From the IMG/VR virus record IMGVR_UViG_3300031521_000025, positions 1 to 64,000 of that record: a stretch of 64,000 nt of DNA. The stretch is one strand, 5' to 3'. Position numbers and translations under genes: made by a program. Below the pieces are notes generated by a model. It saw only the letters and a program-made list of their open reading frames with translations. It was not told the DNA's origin and ran no database searches. This stretch comes from a virus. Below, piece after piece: positions 1 to 6,955 of this stretch (positions within the stretch are counted from its first letter, which is position 1; each line of letters opens with the position of its first letter).

Positions 1-11
1 ATAATAGATTA

Positions 12-704
12 ATGAAAACAGAAAAAGAAAAGCAATTAGAAATAGACTTGTTAGTTGAAAAGATTCAACGTATTAGCAAAAAGAAAGTAGTATTTAAAGA
101 AGATGTTTATTATGGAGATAGATATCCAAAAAAAACAGATTCAGAAGTTGAAAAAGAAATAAAAGAAGCAATTTTAGAAGTAGTTAATATTGATGATGAA
201 ACCGAAACTTTAAGTGTAAGCAAAGGAGGAGAACTTGTTTCTTTCCAATGTAAGTTTTATACTAATAATAAAGGAAAAAGAGTTAGAGGTGCAGTTCATA
301 ATGTAGCAGAATGGGATGACACAATAGAAAGTATTCAAAGAATTTATCCAGATTATGAAGTTATAAACAAAACATTAAATGGTTTTGCTTTATCTAATTA
401 TAACAGTAAATCGCCTCTTAAAGAAGTTTCTTCTTTACCTATTGAAGAATCAACCGACAACATTGATACAAAAAATTACATAGCTATCGCAAGATGGACA
501 GAAGATGGAGAAGAAAAATGGGATGTAATTGGTGGAATTGGAGAAGAAAAACTTGATCAAAAAGAAGCTGAAGAATTAGCAAGAAAATCTTACTCAAGCT
601 GGAATAAAAACGCTCCAGAAGGGGGAAAAACATCTGATGTACAATACAAAGCATTAGTTGTTACTCAAGCAAGATACGATCAATTACTTAGTGAAGAAAA
701 GTAA
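12..704 (+). CDS. Hypothetical protein with the shared N-terminal 18-aa motif (candidate head-packaged protein)
   Basis: 230-aa ORF; aa13-30 LLVEKIQRISKKKVVFKE; internal LKE and IEE sites. Confidence 0.6.
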   Translation: MKTEKEKQLEIDLLVEKIQRISKKKVVFKEDVYYGDRYPKKTDSEVEKEIKEAILEVVNIDDETETLSVSKGGELVSFQCKFYTNNKGKRVRGAVHNVAEWDDTIESIQRIYPDYEVINKTLNGFALSNYNSKSPLKEVSSLPIEESTDNIDTKNYIAIARWTEDGEEKWDVIGGIGEEKLDQKEAEELARKSYSSWNKNAPEGGKTSDVQYKALVVTQARYDQLLSEEK

Positions 705-724
705 TCAATTGACATTTAATTTAC

Positions 725-768
725 AAAAACCTCTTTTAAGTTATTTTAGAAGAGGTTTTTGTTTTTTT
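725..768 (+). terminator. Intrinsic terminator
   Basis: AAAAACCTCTTTTAA...TTAGAAGAGGTTTTT hairpin plus T-tract after ORF 12..704. Confidence 0.75.
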
Positions 769-810
769 AATTATATTTAATAAAAAACTTTAAACAAAAA
801 ATATAAAATA

Positions 811-2328
811 ATGATATTAAAAGAAGTTAGAAAACCAGCAGAGTTCGAAGAAATTTATGATGATGTAATTACACCTGAAGAGATTCAAAGTGAATTTGAT
901 ATTAATATTGAAGATTTAGAGCAAATTACATTAGAAGAATTATACTCCAAAACACCAAATCCAGACCCTCTTGACGAGTTTGATAACCCACCTTCAGGTC
1001 GATATTTTATTTTATTAGATAAAGAAAAAAATGTAGAATTTTTTATTGATACACAAGAGTATAATTATTGTAGATATGCTTATAAACTTGAAAGATCTTC
1101 AAATTCTGTAAATGAATCACAAACTGCTATTATAGATGCTCAACAATTACCTATTGAAGAAGAAACTTCTGTAGTTATGGAAAGTGATGATTTTAAATCT
1201 TGGATGATTAAAGAAAACAATTATTTCGAAAGAGAAGATGCAAAAAAAGGAGTAACTGTTTATCAATTAATGATATCTCCAGAAACTAATAAAGAATATC
1301 TTGATAGTGGAAAAGTAGTAGATGAAGATTGGGCTGCAGGTAATATAGATATTGTATGGCAAGACGAAGTTCACGAATTTGATGTTCCAATGAATTCTGT
1401 TTACTTAAAACCAGCTAAAGAAAACCAAATAGAAGAGGCAACAGAAGTAGAATTTAATAATGAAGAAAATATTAAAGTTTACAATTATGAGGTTTATATG
1501 AAAAACCCAGAAACTGGAGAAAATGGTTGGTCTATAAGCTTTTTTAATATTTTTGCAAAAGATAAAGAAGAATCAAGACAAATTTTAAGATCAATTCCTT
1601 ATTTTGATGCTGTAATTCTTTATAATGGAGAATCAAAAGCTACAGATAAAGATATAAAAGCTTATGCCGAAGGATACGATTACAAAGAAGTTGAGTCTTC
1701 ATCTGGAGAAAAGGATTCTCTTGAAGAAGGTTTCGAAGATTACGACGAAGATTACGATGATGAAGATAATGTTGAAGAAGTTAACGATACACGCGAGACT
1801 GAAAATTTTAAACTATATTTTAACCATGAAGACAATCTTTTTACAATAGACTTCCTTAATGAAAACTCAAACATATATAAAATTATTAAAAACTCAATGG
1901 GTAAACTTAATAATAATTATATATTTAACTTAGGAGTGGATTTAAACCAAGAAGATTTAGATATATTAATACCTATTTTGGAAAAACATAAACAAGATCC
2001 TGATGTTGAAGTTTTTTTAACAAGTCTAGTTGATTTGAAAAATCCTAAAAAAACTTTAGAAGAATCTGAATCTGCAAATGAAGAAACTTTTTCAGCATAT
2101 GTATGTGAAAGATGTGGGTTTATTTTTGATGTAGAAGAAAATAATTTTGAATTAAAATGTCCAATGTGTAAAAACGCTAACGAAGATGCTTTTGAAGAAG
2201 TTGCAATAACGGTAAATAACAAAGATAATGGTTTTAAAATATCTTCGATAAAGGTTGGCAATGAAGAAAAAATTAAAGATCCAGATTATTTGGAAAGTGC
2301 AGAAGTTTTTATAGACGAAAATAAATAA
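811..2328 (+). CDS. Acidic multi-module hypothetical protein with C-terminal Zn ribbon
   Basis: 505 aa, very E/D rich; CERC...CPMC; modules separated by ILKE/VNE/IEE/LEE sites. Confidence 0.6.
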   Translation: MILKEVRKPAEFEEIYDDVITPEEIQSEFDINIEDLEQITLEELYSKTPNPDPLDEFDNPPSGRYFILLDKEKNVEFFIDTQEYNYCRYAYKLERSSNSVNESQTAIIDAQQLPIEEETSVVMESDDFKSWMIKENNYFEREDAKKGVTVYQLMISPETNKEYLDSGKVVDEDWAAGNIDIVWQDEVHEFDVPMNSVYLKPAKENQIEEATEVEFNNEENIKVYNYEVYMKNPETGENGWSISFFNIFAKDKEESRQILRSIPYFDAVILYNGESKATDKDIKAYAEGYDYKEVESSSGEKDSLEEGFEDYDEDYDDEDNVEEVNDTRETENFKLYFNHEDNLFTIDFLNENSNIYKIIKNSMGKLNNNYIFNLGVDLNQEDLDILIPILEKHKQDPDVEVFLTSLVDLKNPKKTLEESESANEETFSAYVCERCGFIFDVEENNFELKCPMCKNANEDAFEEVAITVNNKDNGFKISSIKVGNEEKIKDPDYLESAEVFIDENK

Positions 2329-2339
2329 AAATAAAATTT

Positions 2340-2371
2340 AAACCCTTTTATAGAAATTTAAAAGGGTTTTT
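2340..2371 (+). terminator. Intrinsic terminator
   Basis: AAACCCTTTT...AAAAGGGTTTT hairpin. Confidence 0.65.
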
Positions 2372-2390
2372 ATATTTAATAAAAAAAGAA

Positions 2391-3425
2391 ATGAATAATT
2401 CTCAAAAACTTCAAATATTAATAGAAAAACTTGAAAGTATATCTAATAAGTTAATTATACTTTCAGAAGATGAAAATGTAATTAATAAAGTTAACAAAAA
2501 AGAAGATATATCTGAATTAAAAAGAAAATTGGATTTATTAATTACTATTGATAAAAATGAAATAATCTTTAAAGGAATTTTAGGTTCTCAAGAATTAAAT
2601 ATCTTCAAAACTTATTATAAAAAATACACTATTAATGTTGAAGGCGATGTTTATATAAAAAGTTTAAATTTAAAAAGAATTCCTATTAATTTTGGTTATG
2701 TAAAAGGGAATTTTGATTGTTCTGATAATCAATTATTAACTTTAAAAAACGGACCAATTGCAGTATCTGGTATTTATAATTGCAGTCATAATCGTTTAGA
2801 ATCTTTAGAATATAGTCCTAAAAAACTTAATAGCAGTTTTTTATGTATGTATAATAGCTTGTTAACTTTAAAAGGATGTACTAATATAATTCCTGGAGTT
2901 TTAAATTGCTCTTTTAATGAATTATCATCTCTTGAAGGATGCGCAAGCAGTATAGGTAAAGATTTTTATTGTCATCATAATAAATTAAAAAGCTTATCTG
3001 GAGGACCACAGCAAGTAGGAATGTCTTACGAATGTCATAATAACAGTTTATTGTCTTTGACAGGAAGCCCTAGTGAAATTAATACAGATTTTAATTGTTC
3101 ATACAACCAATTAACTTCTTTAAAAAACGGACCTCAAAAGGTAAGAATAGATTTCAATTGCTCGTATAACAAATTAACTTCTTTAATCGGTTGTCCACAA
3201 AACATAGGAGATTTTTTTGATTGCTCTAACAATCAATTAATAAATCTAAAAGGAGGTCCAACTTATGTTGGAAATTATTATTCTTGTGCGAAAAATAACA
3301 TTAATTCTTTGGAAGGTATTTCGAAAAAAATAAATGGAGATTTTTGGTGTAATGATAATAGCAAAGTTTTTTCTAAAGAAGAAGTAAAACTAAAAAGTGC
3401 TATTTCTGGAAAAATTATTAGTTAA
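2391..3425 (+). CDS. Leucine-rich-repeat protein (22-aa repeats) with the shared N-terminal motif
   Basis: About 10 repeats of FxCSxNxLxSLxGxPxxV; aa9-26 ILIEKLESISNKLIILSE. Confidence 0.8.
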   Translation: MNNSQKLQILIEKLESISNKLIILSEDENVINKVNKKEDISELKRKLDLLITIDKNEIIFKGILGSQELNIFKTYYKKYTINVEGDVYIKSLNLKRIPINFGYVKGNFDCSDNQLLTLKNGPIAVSGIYNCSHNRLESLEYSPKKLNSSFLCMYNSLLTLKGCTNIIPGVLNCSFNELSSLEGCASSIGKDFYCHHNKLKSLSGGPQQVGMSYECHNNSLLSLTGSPSEINTDFNCSYNQLTSLKNGPQKVRIDFNCSYNKLTSLIGCPQNIGDFFDCSNNQLINLKGGPTYVGNYYSCAKNNINSLEGISKKINGDFWCNDNSKVFSKEEVKLKSAISGKIIS

Positions 3426-4081
3426 ATTTTTTCAATATATAATTGTTTTCCTTTTTGTTTGATTTTATAATTTGTAATCACTCCTTTTTTGATATATTTT
3501 TTTATACATCCTTGAGCGGAAGAAATATTTGAGTAATGATGGTCGATTTCTTTAAAAAGATCAGATAATTTATATTCTGTTTTATCTTTCATAAAATCAT
3601 TTATATTCGCGATTGTTTTTTTGTAAACTGTAAAGTATTCAGATTTAGCATTTCCAGCTTTTGACTTTTTCTGTTCTTCAAACAAAGGCGGTAGTTTAAA
3701 CTTAGGGTTAATTTCAGATTCTGTTAACATTTCTACATTACCATTTTCTGAAACTTCAAAAATCCCTACACCTAGTTTTTGACAAACATAAACAGCAAAT
3801 CTTCTTGATTTTACTGGTCTTCTTTTAGGTTTAGGAACTCCAATGTAAACTTTTTTTGCAAAAGCTTTCCATCTAAATGCTTGTTCTATTACTTTTAAAC
3901 TTAAAGTTGTTTTCACTTCAATTACAAATGCATCTACTATAACATCTTTTTCTTTTTTTACAAAATAGCAATCACATCTAATTGCTCCACCTGTACCTGA
4001 TTTGCTTACTTCTTTATAACAAGTAAGGTTTTTGTTTTCAAAATAAGTTACAATTTTTTTTGCAAGTACAGTTTCTTTCAT
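3422..4081 (-). CDS. PD-(D/E)XK nuclease-like protein
   Basis: EV...RCD...VIEVK...Q motif order typical of the restriction-endonuclease fold. Confidence 0.55.
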   Translation of the reverse strand: MKETVLAKKIVTYFENKNLTCYKEVSKSGTGGAIRCDCYFVKKEKDVIVDAFVIEVKTTLSLKVIEQAFRWKAFAKKVYIGVPKPKRRPVKSRRFAVYVCQKLGVGIFEVSENGNVEMLTESEINPKFKLPPLFEEQKKSKAGNAKSEYFTVYKKTIANINDFMKDKTEYKLSDLFKEIDHHYSNISSAQGCIKKYIKKGVITNYKIKQKGKQLYIEKI

Positions 4082-4275
4082 ATTTTTGTTTTTTTTAAAT
4101 ATAACTTTTTGCGATTTTTATATTTTTATTATATTTAAAATTGGTTATGAGTCCAACACAAATACAAAGGGAGTATATCTAATTTTTATTTTTAGATACT
4201 ACTCCCTTTGTTATTTTTCTTTCAAAAACAGTGTAAATTCGAATTAAATTAATATTTAGACATATATAGCTAAAA

Positions 4276-4938
4276 ATGAATAAACAAGAGAAAATACATA
4301 TGTTAAAAGAGCGTCTAGAGCTTGTAAGTAGTAAAAAAGTTATTCTTAAAGAAGTAAACGAAGGGAAGTATAAATTTGGATGCGCAATGTTGTATTTTGA
4401 CTTTCCTGAATTAAAAGATTTTCAAAAAAAAATATCAACAGATGATATTTATAATAAACCAGGATTCGGACTTGAAACTGAACCTCATTTAACTTTATTA
4501 TATGGTTTTCATTATAAAGAAACAAATAGTGAAGAAGTATTTAAAGAAATTCTAAAAACTAAACTTCCACAATTGCTTTTACATAATGTTTCTTCTTTTA
4601 ACAATAAAGATTTTGATGTACTTAAATTTGATTGCGAACAACAAGTAGGTAGAGGAATATATTCAAAGGAAAAAGATCCTTTGTTTAAAATTAATAAAGA
4701 TTTAACATTAAACTTTTCTTATACGTCAGATTTTCCTGATTATCATCCACACTCTACTATAGCTTATCTTAATTCAGGTACAGCAAAAAAATATATTGAA
4801 ATGTTTAAAGAAGAGTTTTTTACAGTTAATCCTTATAAAATTGTTTATTCGGAACCAATTGATAATGGAAATAAAACTAAAAAGTTTGAACATATTTTAT
4901 CAAAAGAGGAAAAATTACCGAAAACTATAATAAAATAA
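4276..4938 (+). CDS. 2H phosphoesterase, T4 gp57B/Acb1-like (candidate anti-CBASS nuclease)
   Basis: Two HxT motifs: EPHLTLLYG and DYHPHSTIAY; N-terminal shared 18-aa motif. Confidence 0.8.
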   Translation: MNKQEKIHMLKERLELVSSKKVILKEVNEGKYKFGCAMLYFDFPELKDFQKKISTDDIYNKPGFGLETEPHLTLLYGFHYKETNSEEVFKEILKTKLPQLLLHNVSSFNNKDFDVLKFDCEQQVGRGIYSKEKDPLFKINKDLTLNFSYTSDFPDYHPHSTIAYLNSGTAKKYIEMFKEEFFTVNPYKIVYSEPIDNGNKTKKFEHILSKEEKLPKTIIK

Positions 4939-4940
4939 TT

Positions 4941-5567
4941 ATGCTGACTTTAGAATATTTAGGAACTTTAGATGATAGAACTAGAACAGAAGTAGTTCTC
5001 AAAGAATATATTAAGTGTATTAGAGATCCTTTATATACAATTAAAAATTATTTTCCTATTTCAGACCCTGCTACTGGTCTTGAATCTTTATTTAATCCTT
5101 ATCCTTATCAAGAAAGAGCAATAAAAAGTTTTGAAGAGTTTAGTTATAATTTAACTATGAAAACAAGACAAACAGGCTTAACAACTGTTTCTCAAGCTTA
5201 TGTTGCATGGTATATGGCAACAAAAAAGAAAAAAGTCGTAAATGCATTAGCACAAGAGAAAAAAACATCTCGTAAGTTTTTAAAAGGAGTTAGAGAGTTT
5301 TTAGATGGAGCAAGAAAAAAAGCTCCATGGTTAATACCTGATTATATTGTTGGTAATGATGCTAAAGAATCTTTTGGGTTAGTTAACGGTAGTACTATCT
5401 TAGCAGAAGCTAATAAACCTGATGCTTGTCGTGGAGATACAATATCACTTCTATGTATAGATGAATCCATTTCATTTGATACTAACGTATTAATACGAAA
5501 TAAATCAAGCAAAGCTTTAAGTAAAGTAGAAATAGGTAAAATATTTTATGATGAAAGTTATAAATAG
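4941..5567 (+). CDS. terL: Terminase large subunit N-terminal ATPase fragment fused to a split-intein N part
   Basis: YPYQ adenine-binding motif, KTRQTGLTT Walker A, RG...LLCIDE Walker B, then a 33-aa intein-like tail. Confidence 0.9.
   Translation: MLTLEYLGTLDDRTRTEVVLKEYIKCIRDPLYTIKNYFPISDPATGLESLFNPYPYQERAIKSFEEFSYNLTMKTRQTGLTTVSQAYVAWYMATKKKKVVNALAQEKKTSRKFLKGVREFLDGARKKAPWLIPDYIVGNDAKESFGLVNGSTILAEANKPDACRGDTISLLCIDESISFDTNVLIRNKSSKALSKVEIGKIFYDESYK
5466..5564 (+). mobile_element. Split intein N-fragment (IntN, 33 aa, Ser1)
   Basis: SISFDTNVLIR matches intein block A directly after Walker B DE; ends VEIGKIFY like short atypical IntN fragments. Confidence 0.8.
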
Positions 5568-5606
5568 TTGATAATCCTTAGTATTTAAAACAAAAAACAA
5601 ATTGTA

Positions 5607-5831
5607 ATGAAATTAGAAATATTTAAATGCGGAACTCCAGTAGTTATTATTGTAAGTAAACAAAAAGCAACAATTTCTATGGTTCAAATAAAATATGATC
5701 AAATTCTATATGAATGTTCCTTTTACAATCCAGAAATAAATTCTCACCAAACATTATTATTACATAGTGAAGAGTTTTCTATTAGACAAGGAGAAGGTAA
5801 AAATATAATTGGTTTTAAATATAAAATATAA
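5607..5831 (+). CDS. Hypothetical protein lying between the terminase halves
   Basis: 74-aa ORF; GTATTTAA motif at 5581; A-rich start context. Confidence 0.65.
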   Translation: MKLEIFKCGTPVVIIVSKQKATISMVQIKYDQILYECSFYNPEINSHQTLLLHSEEFSIRQGEGKNIIGFKYKI

Positions 5832-5836
5832 AAAAA

Positions 5837-6514
5837 ATGAATTTAGCGTTATTAACTTCTATAGGAAAGTTTGTTTTAAATCCCAAAGTTTACAAAACAA
5901 TAGGGATAATAATAATTGTTTTAATGTTTTTGTATCTTTTTATTGATAGAAACAATCAAGAAGCTAATGCTATTAGACAAACAGCAAATGTCGCTGCTTT
6001 AAATAAACAATCAAAAGAATACAAAGATAAGTTAGATCAAATAGTAATTGAAAACGGCGTTTTAATTCTTTCAAAAAAAGAAATTAAAGAATCTAGCTCA
6101 AAAGAGATAGAATTTATGAAAAAACAATTAGAGGTAAAAGATATTAAAATTAGAAATTTAATATCAATGAATACTGGTTCTATAAAAACCCATAGTCAAG
6201 GAAGTGTTGTTTTACGTGATACTATTACTCAACATGATACTGTTGTAAGTAAAATTGATACTTTAATGTTTGGTGTATGGACTAATCCTTGGGATAGTAT
6301 TAATTTTAAATTAAAGATTCCTGAGTTCAAGCTTGATTTTGATTTATATACTAATGATACTATTTTTTGCGCAGTTTATAGATATAAAGAAAAACCTTGG
6401 AAAATTAAAAATATTCTCCCTTGGAATTTTAGAGAATGGGTTTATGGAGGAAGTGGTAATTTAACAAGACCTAATTCTAAAGTAAATTTAAAGTTTATTA
6501 ATAAAAAAGACTAA
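5837..6514 (+). CDS. Membrane-anchored coiled-coil protein (possible i-spanin-like)
   Basis: N-terminal TM TIGIIIIVLMFLYLFI, then coiled coil and DT-rich beta region; function is inference. Confidence 0.45.
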   Translation: MNLALLTSIGKFVLNPKVYKTIGIIIIVLMFLYLFIDRNNQEANAIRQTANVAALNKQSKEYKDKLDQIVIENGVLILSKKEIKESSSKEIEFMKKQLEVKDIKIRNLISMNTGSIKTHSQGSVVLRDTITQHDTVVSKIDTLMFGVWTNPWDSINFKLKIPEFKLDFDLYTNDTIFCAVYRYKEKPWKIKNILPWNFREWVYGGSGNLTRPNSKVNLKFINKKD

Positions 6515-6955
6515 GTGGATTATAACGAACTTCAAAAATATATAGAAGAAAATAATGTTGACTTACCTGAAGATGGTGATGAAATAGATTTTAATGTTAT
6601 CGATATAGATAATGTTAATGCTCAAGATTCAAAAGAAATAAAAAAAATATCTGAATGGGAAGTTTTAACACCAACCGGATGGAGTGACTTTTCTTCAATA
6701 AAAAAAATAACAAAACCCTATTGTTACGAAATTAAACTTTCTAATGGAAAAGAATTGACAGGCTCTCCTTATCATAAAATTAAAATGTTGGATGATTCTT
6801 TTCAATATTTAAAGTTTGTAAAAAAAGGAGATTTATTAGTTTCTGGAAGTAAAATAATTTCTAAAAAGAAAATAGTAAAAGAAATTGAATTATTTGACTT
6901 GTTAGATGTAGAGAAAGGTAGCGAATATTTTACAAACGAAATAGTGTCAAGCAAC
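6515..6955 (+). mobile_element. Split intein C-fragment (IntC, 147 aa incl. acidic leader)
   Basis: EVLTPTGWSDF, block B SPYH, block F ELFDLLDVE, block G YFTNEIVSSN followed by Cys+1; no block A at its N-terminus. Confidence 0.85.
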
